DNA from: Tubiluchus corallicola
Taxonomy: Eukaryota > Animalia > Priapulida
DNA length: 64,000 bases
Reading direction: 5' to 3'
NCBI GenBank assembly: GCA_030141605.1
Contig: JAQGDQ010000054.1
Location: forward strand, 62,001 to 126,000
A program made the translations under genes and the position numbers. Below the pieces are notes generated by a model. That model had not been told where the DNA came from and made no database searches. It worked only from the letters and a program-made list of their open reading frames with translations. Shown here piece after piece: positions 25,401 through 38,149 of this stretch (positions within the stretch are counted from its first letter, which is position 1; each line of letters begins with the position of its first letter).

Positions 25401-28400
25401 CAAAATTTTAAAATTTGATTCTGCGTGTAATATTGGAATGTCATTGCACAGGGCCTAAAAAACAGCTCCATTGCTTAGATATAATTAACACTGAATACAC
25501 TACCTGGTGGTATAAGTCTAGAAACATGTAGAGCATGTCTCATATTCTCACAATTCATCTTAGCTTGCTTACACGAAGACCAGTTCGCAGTTTCCTCACT
25601 AGGTTCTTCACCAGATGGCACCACCGTCTTCACCATTGTCTGCTGGTTGATGGCATTGTTTAATTCCAGTTCAGGTTGCTGTCGCTCCTCGGTTGACATT
25701 TCACTGTTCGAATAAAAACTAATTAATAGCCTCTAATATTTAATGTTTTTACAAATTTTTATGATTTTAACAAAGTTCAATATATCCTCTAACAATTGCC
25801 GTTTAGCGACACTTTTTAATGACACTGAACATCTGACATTTTTTCTCTTTCTCACTCAACAATGCATGTTTCTTTTTAACAACATTTTTTACCTTGCTCA
25901 AAGCATTTTCTATGTTAAAAAGCCCATTTTGCCTAATTTGAAGCACTAAACAATTACTTGTGTTTTAAAAAAAACCTGTTAATAACATAAAACTTTTTAT
26001 ATTTTTGTTTCGCCGACAAACTGATAAATGCTAAAAACTGTCTCTATCTAGTGAGATCAATTTGAGATTTACTTGTAGCACTGAAGTGCGAACATTATAT
26101 AAAAAGAATTCGGCCTACAGCAAGCAGCATCTTAATTTGTCTAAGGCGCGGTTAATATAAAGTTACACTACTGTTTATACCAACGGGCATTACTTGCAAT
26201 AAAACAACCAATTCACTAGAGTGTTGCTGAGCCACTAGGTACAGGTACAGGTAATAAAGACGAGTGATTTCAAGAGAAGCAGAAAGAAATTAAATAGTAA
26301 AAATTATGTATAAAACCTATTGTTGTGAACTTTGGGCATTAGGATTCGCCCGCCATAAAGAAGCCAAAGAAATTAATTTACATATATTCCTATAGCTGTA
26401 GGTAGTAACCGATCTAGAGGGAGTGCAGTTAATGAGTTGATATAAAGAAAAAAATGTTTACTGCGTTTCATGAATAAAAGTAAAATGAACATTATGGCAA
26501 TCGGAAAAATTCTTTCACTTATGTTACATCGTCGCAAAGGTCACCGCGACACCAATAACATACTTAGTTTGTATAAGCCAAGCATTACTGATTTTTGGCT
26601 TAAAGCTTTTGCATTATTTTTTATAGAAGTTACAATTTCATTTAATGACGATTGGCCTAATGTCGTTTTACTAGAACTCATTAGCATTATTAAGCCGGGA
26701 CTAACAATAACTCAACATAGACAAGCAAATGCAACTCCCGATTTTAGTGATCATGAAGACTTATTAAGAATGTTAAAAGATTTGCCTTGTAGCAAGTGGT
26801 GGAAATGATTGCTGTCCTAATTCATGTAATAACTGGAGGCGTGACATTTCTAATGCAAGCATTAGCTCCATACCATAATCAGTAGAAAAATTGGGTGGAG
26901 AAGATTCATCTGAAACAGCCAAAAAGTGAATGGAAACAGCTTGCAAACATCGATCATGTAAAAAAATCAACAAAATTTGATATCATACTTTTTTATTTTA
27001 AGATTAAAGAAAAACAAGCACAACTGATAAACCAAATATAAGTACCCGCATCATCATCTTTACTACCGGCTTTACTACGACGGCTACAGCGCAAGCTGCA
27101 GTAATCATGAATGGCTCCTGTACGTGGATTTTGCGCTCGTGGCCGGGTACAACCAGCTCGACTACAGATACCTATATGACAAAAAACAGAACATCAGCAT
27201 GATAATTACTGTAAAGCATTTTTGAAAAAAACCAACTAGAGTTACATGTCACGTATGCACAAACAGCAGTAAGGTAATGTAATAAAACTACTGTACCAAA
27301 AACTGAAGCATTCTGGCTTGTAGTTGTATCTGAGTCATCAGACTCACAAGTATCCGGCCAGTCATATAATGCTGCAAGGTTTGTATGGCGACCCGAACTA
27401 TCCTTCACCCATGGATCATTAGGGTCAACTGCCTTTAGTGATGCCGAGATTGCTTTTCGAAAATCCTTCTGTAAAATGCAAAGAAACTGCATTAAGCTAA
27501 ATTCCCATTAAGATGCAAAACAGAGCTGGTAAACTTACTTTAAGTAATCATTGCATTTTGCAATACTACACAAAATTTCTAGTAATTTGTAATTGTAATT
27601 GTAGATGATAGTTTAGCAAACCTAAGTAATTTTACCAGCTCTGGAGAAAAATGTAAGAAAAATAATAAAAACTTGGTTCTTGCTGTATGTTACAATAATT
27701 TCTAACAAAAAAGAAAACAAATAAATGTTAAAAGTTAAAAATAAGTCTAGTCTGCAAACATATTTGCTTACATCGTCCATTTCCATGTCCATTAAGTTCG
27801 GAAAATGGCGACGACGAAATCGTCTCAACGAGGGAGGGGTCTCTGGTGGAATCAAGCCTTTCGATACAGAAAGGACAAATTCTTGTCTCTTTCGTTTAAC
27901 AAGAAGGGCTGTTTGCACAATCTTGTACCGAGGAGTCCGAAGATACGGTCTAGCAATCATTTGTGACAGACTTTCCGTAACTTCTTCAAGCTCCGTCTAT
28001 AAAATATACAAATATTTCACAGGATTACCTTTTTCATAAACATAGAGCAATCATGAAAATGATTTTTATTTAAATGCATGCAAAAAACTAAATAAATTGT
28101 ATATTCGTGTAATACCTGCATAAATTCAAAAATGGTTTTGTTGTAACCTTGGTCCTCAAGATAATATCCATAGACGTATGAAGCTCGAAGCACACGTCTC
28201 GATTTTAGCAATTCTTGTATAGCATCTTCTATAAATTTTGTATCTACTTGACTAGAACCTGCAAAAATTACGAGTACAATAATTTATTTAAACTTAAATA
28301 GCTTTTTATACTAAGAAAAGCACAGCCAAGAACAAGGCTTAGACATAAACCATCTAACTGTATAAATGCTAATTAGAAGTAACAAATATATATGAAGATT

Positions 28401-31400
28401 AGACATGTAATTAGGGCATAAAGCACCCACCTTCATCTAATATTGCACTGGCTAATATACTCATCTTTTGCCTTGCTGAACTTAACAATGGCTCCTCAAG
28501 CTGAAACAACGACAGCGACGAATAATTAAGCAGCTATGAAACACTTACTGTGAAATAATTTATTTTGAAGTAATTTGCCACTATTTAGCTGTTTTATTTC
28601 TGTGCAATAACTATGTTGTTACAAGATATTAGATCATAATCACATTAACTGACTAAGTGAAAAGTTGAGTAGAAATGTAACAAAAAGTGGCAGGTAGTAA
28701 TTTAGTCCCACAAGTAATCGTTTTATTATTGTAATAAGTGAGTTAACTCTTCCTTTCAACAGTCCTGTTTTTGTGTGCATATAACGCACAATTACTAGAC
28801 TGTGTACTACCACAGTGAGCATGTAAATGCTTCGCAGATGTGGCGAAGAATAATGACCTCTTAAAGGCAATGGCAAAGATTACAGTCAGAAAGCAACAAT
28901 ATAAATAAAATTCAGAAAAATAAAATTATTGATTTCTAGTCTTCTCTTGCTGCTGACAGTATCTACTAAAGTCATTTTTCCATACCTGGTGACTATTCTC
29001 GTGATTTTTGAAGCGTGTATAGTAATGCATAAACCGGTTCAATTCTTCCAGTTTTCTGTTTCTAGCTTCAGCCTACATAAAAAGATCACAAAATTCCAAT
29101 GTTTATTATTTTTGGCATAGAAAATGGGTAAGAAAATTTGAAATTTAGTTACTTCAATGAGTCTACCTAATGTATTATTGTTTATTTTTTACTTCTAACA
29201 GCACTGAAGATCTCGTCAAATAACACAATTTAAAGTGCTTGGCTTGATTTACGGAACCAGGTACAAGCATTCAACACTACCACAATCTTAATGTAGCAGG
29301 TTTAGCAGTTGTAAGATGTTTGTTCAAGTTTAATGCCAAAGTGAAACTTGGAGTTTTAGTCTTTAGTATTCATTGTAACATTGCACTAGCACCCAGTAAA
29401 TCTCTGCCGATACAAAAACCACACAGAATTAAAGTTGCATAAAGGTAAACAGTTATGGAACTATACTATGTATATATCCATATTAAAGGAAAATAGTAAA
29501 ATTTTCAGACTATACCTCAAGTTGCATTACGATCTAAAATTGAGTACTCTTCTCCTTTAATCAAAAGAAAAAGAGGGTTTCAGCAACATAGTTATCATAG
29601 TTTCCAACTCAGAATTGCACCAAATTTTGACAATAAATTACCTCAGCTTTAACAGAATCTGAACTCTCATCTGCTTTCTTTATAGCATCATATCGATTAC
29701 ACCGGAAGTAACCACCTGTAGCAGAACTGTGTTTTTTCCATGCTTCCAGACAAACCCAGCAGAAATCATATTTACACTAGAAAAATAGAAAGTATAAAAA
29801 ATGACAATAAAGTTATTTCAATGAAAGCACGTCAACATGACACATTTTCTTGCAGAATTCTAGAGCCTAGATGTTTGTTGACAAGGGTGCAAATGATCTA
29901 GAGGAATGCCAAATTGCCACTTCTTTCACAAGAGTACAAACATCCACTTTTTTGCCAAGTTTTTTTGTTTTCTTGTACAGTCAAATCTCTTTATACTTTG
30001 GGACGCAAAGAAAGTTGGTGTTATAGTGAATTTGACATTATAACAAGGTTAATCATTAATGCATACACGTCTAAGCAAATAGAGATATTTTGTTTCACTA
30101 AAAATTTTGGCATTAAGCAAGATTTCCATTATAAAGAGGGGGGCATTATAACGAGGTTTGACTGTAGTGGAATTCCATAGTACAGTATGGTTGAAACACG
30201 AAATGAAATGAGGAAGAGGAGGACAAATGCAAGAAAAGTAGCTGCAAATATAGGAATAAATGCTAGTGGGCAGATCTTGGAGGAATATTCAGTGACCTTG
30301 GATGGGTTGTTCAAAATCTCCTTCTAGGACTTTAACACTGACAGAAATGGTACATTTCTAATGCACACCTACTATATTTAGTTATTTGAGGTAACAATGC
30401 TGGGCTAATAAAAATCAAAAGGGAAAAATATGAGTTCTCAACTTTGGTAACCTTCATACAGCCAGGCCAGAATGTTTCACCAAGCACATGTTTAAGGGAC
30501 CTATTAATGAACAGTTATGATCATCTGTGAGCTTGAGCTAAAATCTTTTTAACATTTAGAATTGATAACTTAAAAAATGCGGAACTCAGTGCACCCCACT
30601 CACCAAGCAGACTCCTCAGACAGCAGAGACGAATGTATGGAATAAAAGAAACTGGACTTTGAAGCCCGACCTTGGTCAAACAGAAAACTGATCGAAATCT
30701 GGTTATATTATTTGACATGTGGAAGATATTATTATCCTTCAGTTGCACATGTATAGGATATATGCAGCACAAAACTTCAATCCCAAAATGAAAAATTGAA
30801 CTTTGCCTAGTCCTCTTTTTGGTCACTCAGCTAGCCTGGTTCTTCAAAAAGCAGATTGATTTAAGTGAAAATCAAGTTTTGTCTAGCTTTCTTACTGATC
30901 ATTCAGCAGACCAATGTCAAGTCACTGAGATGTAGCGTTTGTTTGGAAATGTTTAAGAAAAGCAACTCAGCCAAAATAAAGACTTCTGCATAAAATTCGT
31001 ACAATAAAACTTGGTAATTAAAGTATACCTAAAATAGTACAAGACCGGTAGAATCACATGCAGCTCACCTTAGAACATTTCATATGATTACAACCTTCAT
31101 TTTTCTGTATTGGAGATTTACAGCTTGGGCATGGCTTAGAGTTTGACACTAACCACAAACAGTTTGCAGCTGCTTCTGTCTCCTCTGATGTTTCACCCAC
31201 TACAAAACCAAATAACAATTAGAGAAAGCATTTAAAAAAGAATAAGCAATAGTACAGCATACAATTCGTGATGAACACCCACATTTAAGGTACCACCAAT
31301 TTCATTAACAAGATAACTGTATAATCCTTAACATCAAGGATATTACTTAGAACTAAAAATTATTAAATTTTTGCACCAAATTTGCTCAAAAGAAGGGCAG

Positions 31401-34045
31401 TGGCATTTGCCTTGTAAGCAAAACATTCCTAGTTCAAGGTATGGGGCTCTGTCAAGACTTTTTCACATTTCCTTTCTTCAGACAAGTTTGGTATCAAAAT
31501 TAAATAATTATGGTTGAATTCATTTTCATTCCACTACTCCATCAAGTAACCTGCAGCATCAATTAGGCCAATTGGTTAAGCAGTTGAGAAACCATGAAGA
31601 GTACCGTAAAAGATCACTTTTACCGACAGTTCACCGAATTGGTATGACCAATAATATGCAGCTCTAATTGTACTAAAATTTACAAACCTCAGCTAAGAGA
31701 ATTTTAGCTTACTATGGTTGTCTGCAAGCCTAATCTTTGGTTCAGAAAGATTGTGTTTTTCTAGCTCTTAATAACAAAAATGGTTCTTCAAACCTTAAAT
31801 AAATTGAAATAATCAATCTGATAGTAGAAATCATAGAAAAATAATGCTTACATGATTCTGGCTTGACATCTGCTATTTTCTGGAACCATTCAGTCCACTT
31901 ATCACAACTACATGGTTCATGAGCTTCTCCTAAACACTCCCTGAAAATTCAAGTCACAATTTTATAAGCGTGTACTTAATTTTTGTTTTACGAAATATAC
32001 ACTATCTATACACACTACCTTCAGCAATGCATTGTCGGCTGTTACAAAGCATTCCTTTAAGTAACTAACAAAAAGATGTGAAACCTTTGACCCCTCTGAA
32101 ACAAGATTTATTGAAAACTACAATGAAGTTAAGTGTTAATTTCCTAGAACATTATTAAATTGAAAAAGCACTTACCAGCAGAAGTTGTGTCCATTGCCGC
32201 AATTGACTGCATGAGAAGTGGGAGGTGGTTTTTGTCCCGGGATCACAGCTCTAGATGGTGAGCCAGTAGCTGCATCATTTTCTGGCAGTCTCACGGCTCT
32301 ACCACATCCCGGGTATGGGCACCACTTAATGGTGGGGTTGCTTTCTACAAATGCCTAAGCAAAATTTCAACATTTATAGCAAAATCAAATTCATGGCACC
32401 AGTAACTTTCTGATATCAAAATAATGTATATTTTTACATAAAACTAATCTAACAAATTAGCTAACAGAACATGTAAAATTTAGTAAATTGGTTTTACTAC
32501 GATAGAAGGCACATTGATACTGAAAAGTCACATCAAGCAAATATGTGTAAGAGGCACATTAGAGATTAAGACTCAAAGAATAAAAATTCCATATTTCCAG
32601 TGAATATATGTGAACAACTTTAGCAAACCTGTATATCAAATTGAAGATATTTCTTTGCCATGTCACGTGATACAAGTTTTTCAATAATCTCCACAGGAAC
32701 GAGTTTTTCACACCGGTATGCTGGACACAGTATGTTATGTGCATTACCATCTTGTATTTTGACATTCAAGTAACTAAAATAGAAGAACTGATATTACTAA
32801 GCCAATATAAAACTTGCAAGTTGTCTTTCATAACACACAGGTAATACTGATTTGGACATAGAAATAAGTTTAATGTTCACCATAATTTTATTACCATATA
32901 GCTAGTATACAAATGCACATAGGCACACTTTAAAATTAACAAAAAATCAAGATCTACTAGATTAGTGCTTTTGTTTAAAATCGTTGTTGTAGAATGTACA
33001 TCATCCCTTTCAAACATATTGGGCAGACAAAGTACTAATAAGTATAAATGTTTGTTTTTCAGAAGAGTAATTCTGCTGGTAATTCAGCAAACACTGCTAA
33101 AGCCATGCCTGCTATGCCAGTAGTATGTCTGTACCTCTTCGTTAATGCAGCAAAAGCACTGCTCAAAAACCTAAAATAAATTCAATGTCAGGACAGTGTC
33201 TGATGCAACAATAAATAAAAAACTAACAGTCAATAACAGAAATCTTCTCACCTTTCCCAGCATGCACGACAAAACTGGTGGTTACAGGAGATGCACACAA
33301 GGTCCTCAAACACTGGTATCGCCATTGCACAAATATCACACTAGAAAAGTGTGAAAATGCACCATTTTTAGACAAAGCCAGATATTTTTCATCGACATAT
33401 CATACTGACACATCATTACAAAGTTAATATTAATGAATACAAAACCTAGATAATTTAATATTACATAATCAAGGGCACATTTGATCGAGACGGCTGTAAG
33501 AATTTCTCGGTTGACAGAGCTAGATATCAATACCACTAGCTAACCGAGAATAAGATCATTTATGTTGCTATACTATATCGAGTCAAAAACAGTATAATAA
33601 TTAAATTAAATTTTGGACAATTTTAGTGCTTTTTATAAGCTTCTGTTTCCATACTAGTCCAACATGTTTGAACTTTAGTTACACTTTAAAGAAGCTTAAA
33701 GCTTACAATTGTGTCGTGACTTGAAATAGACTTGCACGTTGGTGTGCTTAAGGGTGGTTCTTCATCGTCTTCTTCATGTTGCTTTGCCATTGGTGGCGGT
33801 AGCTCTGTGAGTTTCTGAACTGTTTCTCTTGGTTTAGCTCCACTTGTATGCCCAGCCAGCAGGTTATTAGGTGGATGAACTCCGCATTTTTCACAACAAG
33901 CAACTGGATCGCTCATCCAAGCTTCTAGTAGCATTTCTCTTGACCATTCTGAAAAAATACAATTGCGTATGTGGGGTCTTCACATTAAAAGCACACACAT
34001 GCACCGGTACACGTGCACTTACCGGTACACGTGCATGCACACACA

Positions 34046-34089
<44 letters not shown>

Positions 34090-37047
34090 CACACATTATT
34101 TATTTTGCATTCCTGATTCATAAACACCTAAATAGAAAGGTTAATATTTGGGGGGGGGGGGGTAATTTGCACTGGTTTTTCAATTTAGACATTAAAGTTG
34201 TGATAAACATTAACTCTGTCTAAATACGTTAGAAAAATCTAATAAGCAACAATAAACATTAGCTTTTTTTTCAAAATAGTGTTTAACCGTATCTTCGAGT
34301 ACAAAAGTACACAAATCAGTGGAGCAATTTTTCTTATATGCAAATTGCAGTTTTCAGCTAGACAAATTCTTCCTAAAGCTATTTACTATAATCCAATCAA
34401 TTATCTTTGTGGCACATGAACACTTCTATAGTTAGCTTTTGTTTTGCAATTGGCATAGGGAGCTTTCAGATGAGAGACGACTGTGCTTGTGCACAAACTA
34501 CAAGGACAATAGCTATGTATGAAGATTGCATTAATTATGTTGGCTAAGTGCTTAAATAACATTCTGGAACCATTGATTACATGATCACTATCTAAGCCTA
34601 ACGATCCATCGCTTTTTCCTTTTTTTACATTGCACTTGCTAGCTTAACATTACAAATGCGTCTTCATTTTCATAGCGGAACTGGTTATACAATCTCTGCA
34701 AAGAATTTTTGGTGGGTATATGGTGGCTATATAATTATTACAGGCACTTCAGGTAGAATAATTGGAACTGCTTGTATCACAAGAACTGGTCAAGTTGACC
34801 TAACAAGTGACAATCTATCAAATGTGCTATGAATCCATGACGCTAAAATCTTTCAGTAAATTTGGGTGGTTTCACATATTTTTTAACAGACTTCACATTC
34901 ATTTGTATGTACAGCTCCAAAAACCTAATGGAAGATAATCTCTTTAGAAAAAAAATCTGAATCTTGAATTTGTATTTTGCCACTTTTACCAACTGTTTTA
35001 AGTTCATTGTTGTCTTCCACTGAAGTTTTTGAAGAGATTTGCAGCACATGAAGCCACTGAAAAATAAGTGAAACCATGACAAGCCGTTTAGATACGCTAG
35101 AATGACAAGCTGCATATAAATAAGAAAACATACGTTAAATACTAACCATAATTTCTCAGTAAAGCTTCAGCTGTAAAGAGTGGTACTCTCAACATGTCAG
35201 ACGTTTCAACAAGCAGTTGGTCTTTAGCTTCTTGTAAGTCTTGCGCTCTCAACCCACTATATGGCTGTAGAAAAATCATTCAAAACATGGAGTAGTCACA
35301 AAATTTTCACAAGGCTAAATCACGCATGATCCAAAAATACTTGACATGGTCATTCATGCTTTGTTGAACAAACTACACATAATTAAGAACATGCTGAAAT
35401 ACACTTACAAGAAAAAGCATAAAATCTCATATAAGTAAATTTTGTACACAAATCAAAGATACCTCTTGTGTGTCTATGACGATGATATCACCCTCATTAA
35501 GTCCATCAGAATTGTCATTCTAGAAAAAAATGAAACATCTAATTGCAAACATATATATAAGGATTACAAATATCTATTACTTGATGGCAAAAAACGGCAT
35601 ATTAAACTATTTACTGCAGTGTAGAACTTTGTGCCACAAAAAAGTGCACAAAATTACAATGACAACACAAAATGGTGATGCAAATAGTATATTACATGGT
35701 TACAAACACGTGTGCTCCTATAAAAAATATAAGTACTTACAGAAAAAACCATCTTTGACTCCAAATAAACAGCCAAATCTCGATGACCAGCTTTCTCAGC
35801 ACAATCACAAGCCGTTTCTTTGTTTTCATTTTCAACAAACAATGATGCGCCATAGCTGACCAGCAGCTGAAAAGCAAAAAAAAACTTTAATTCATAACAA
35901 TACAAATGTGAGTACTAGCAACACAAAGCAAAATGAGTCACAAATGAGTAAACTGCTTAAATCAAGGTTATGTGTAGAAAGACAATAAATTTTTACACAT
36001 TTTAATACAATTTACTTGCATTACATTTTAAAAGCATGCATACTAAAGTTTTCATCAAATACCTCAACACATCTTTTCAATCCATTTCCAGCAGCATAAT
36101 GTAATGCCGTATTACTTTTCTGCAAAGAAAGCAAAAGAAAATCAAAAACAAGTAATTCAGAAGAATTCTGACCAATTTGCATTAAAATAAAAACGTAATC
36201 AAAATTTAACATTAGTACTCAATCATAGACAGTTCTCATTAGAGACAGAGTACATAGAGAAAAACACGTACAAACACATATAGAATTGTAGTAGCTAACC
36301 AAATTGTACACAAACTTAGGGACAATTCACCTCGTCTAAAGCATTCAGATGTATTTTTTCGCTGTCGCCATTTTCAAGAACAGGGCCACGCCACTGTAGT
36401 ATCAGCAATAAACATTCTGCCCGTCTTGAGGTTAGGCAAGTTTGTGCCTTATTTCCCACAGGTACAGGCATACACACACAGTGAAGAGACGTATGATTGT
36501 GAATGTTCAATTTGTTAGGATTTCCACCTAGGTCTTGAAGAAAAATCCTGAAACAAACACCATCATGAGTTACTACAAGTCAAACTATGAAAATTTTAAA
36601 TCAAGTCATGAAAAGCACAGGAAAATTAAATAGCACTGCAAGAATCAACATGGAAATGAAAACTAAATTAGTCTAATGAATTTTAGAGAATTCTAGGGAA
36701 TTATGCAGCCAAGAAAAGCATTGTATGTACAGCTCCAGAAACCTAATGGAAGATAATCTCTTTCAGTTCAGAAAAAAATCAAAACTGTCAAAAAAAACAG
36801 ATTTGTCAAATTTCCTATGAAACTATATAATTTAATAATCTAATACTTATCTTGCACACCTTAGCAATGATTTAATGGCTTGTCGTGACACGTAGTGTAG
36901 TGGGGTGTTCTGCTCATGGGCATCACCATACGATGTGTTAGGATCCAGAGACTTGCGCAGGTCGGGACTGCTATTATACAATTGCATGGCAGCATACTCA
37001 TCGCCATTCTGTAGGTGTTTACGAAACTTGGTCACAGCTGATCCCAT
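22490..37047 (-). CDS. ANKIB1: Ankyrin repeat and IBR domain-containing protein 1 (Ariadne-type RBR E3 ubiquitin ligase)
   Basis: Phase-consistent exons: 37047-36860, 36547-36331, 36119-36063, 35866-35741, 35519-35463, 35264-35147, 33948-33707, 33340-33252, 32773-32629, 32354-32176, 31940-31852, 31199-31069, 29776-29642, 29072-28986, 28500-28431, 28258-28116, 27996-27772, 27468-27297, 27171-27046, 26909-26786, 25703-25504, 25276-24035, 23234-23027, 22658-22490 (TAG); 4539 nt, about 1512 aa. Motifs: [13 protein letters not shown]-terminus, ankyrin repeats ([14 protein letters not shown]), [29 protein letters not shown]1 ([14 protein letters not shown]), IBR ([23 protein letters not shown]), RING2 ([20 protein letters not shown]), Ariadne domain (RFMHYY; YVYGYY; ARPYLRTPR) and UIM ([14 protein letters not shown]). 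The last exon and the exon-20 donor are less certain. Confidence 0.95.
29978..30164. mobile_element. Tigger/pogo-type MITE
   Basis: TA flanks. Termini TACAGTCAAATCTCTTTATA versus reverse-complement TACAGTCAAACCTCGTTATA (18/20). Confidence 0.8.
33991..34095. repeat. (GCAC)n/(CA)n microsatellite with a duplicated ACCGGTACACGTGCA unit
   Basis: Directly visible in an ANKIB1 intron, followed by a poly-G run at 34149-34162. Confidence 0.93.
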
Positions 37048-38149
37048 GCTACATTTGTTTGGCAGCCAAGGCTGAAAATTTACATAAAGTTTTGATTCAT
37101 CTAGTGAGCTTGCGCATCAGGGGGCACATGATATATACGACAGCACACAGAATTAAGTATAAATACTTAATAATTATATAAGTTTAGAAAAATAATTTAT
37201 TGTCTACTCAACTTCGACTAAAAGCTCTTTAAAAACTCTTATGCTTACACGTGACTACTTTAACACACTTAAGTTAAATTTATAGACTCATAAATCTTTA
37301 ACATATTTTTGGTAAAAAAGCTTTTAGCTTCATATACAGATTGCTCTCATCCTAGTTTTTATAAGACAGCTTGTTGATTGTTACACTGAGAAGCTGCGCA
37401 TGAATAATATTTAAGTTACGGTGCCATTTTTGGCACAACTTTGCATAGTACCAGCAGCAACTGGACAAGATTGTGGTAACTTTTGCAACAATAGATCCAC
37501 AACAGACATCACAATTTAAGACATCTGTACTCTGTACTCTTTGGATATTACACAAGTAATAATTAGTAATTATACTGTACCCACAAGACTAATAAAATTA
37601 TGTTGCATTTAAACTGAGAATCGCTAAAAAAAGTAAAGATCAAAAACCTTTCAAGATCGGGTTTGGTCTCAATTAAATTTACTATTTTTTTATTTGAAAA
37701 CATTAAAGAAGCCTGCTGCTGTTGATGTATTGCCACTTAAATTGAAAAAGTTTGTTTCTGTCTTACGCATTCAATCCATTCGAATGATTTTCGTTTTGAA
37801 TCCAATAACATTATAATCATAATGATCATTTTGGAAAGCACTATATGGAAAAAATAAGTTCTCAAATTTCTGGCGTAATTCGTGATTAAACAATAAGAGT
37901 CGCCTAAATTACAAAGTACCAAACTTTCTTGATAAATTCTAAGCAATTTATTATCAAACTAATGAAGTTTTGAACAACATACTTCTAAAAGTGTTCTACG
38001 ACACACTAGAAGTTTGGAGTGCGCGTGATTAGTAACTATTCGAAGGCAAACAACTCTCTAATTGCTGATGATATTAAAGGTTACAAATAGAGCTACAAGA
38101 AGGAAAATCAAACGTGATACAGGTGTATGTTAAATATATGATTAGGTTT

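Noticed and set aside
26470-26808. 112-aa plus-strand ORF in an ANKIB1 intron
   Set aside because: No recognisable motif or splice structure; its length is within chance expectation.
33871-34223. ORFs rich in HART/CVRA repeats
   Set aside because: Translation of the (GCAC)n/(CA)n microsatellite.
34925-35060. Possible extra ANKIB1 exon (good acceptor, 68-aa ORF)
   Set aside because: The flanking exons join in phase to give the conserved LLRNYEWSREML, and the segment overlaps an intronic repeat.
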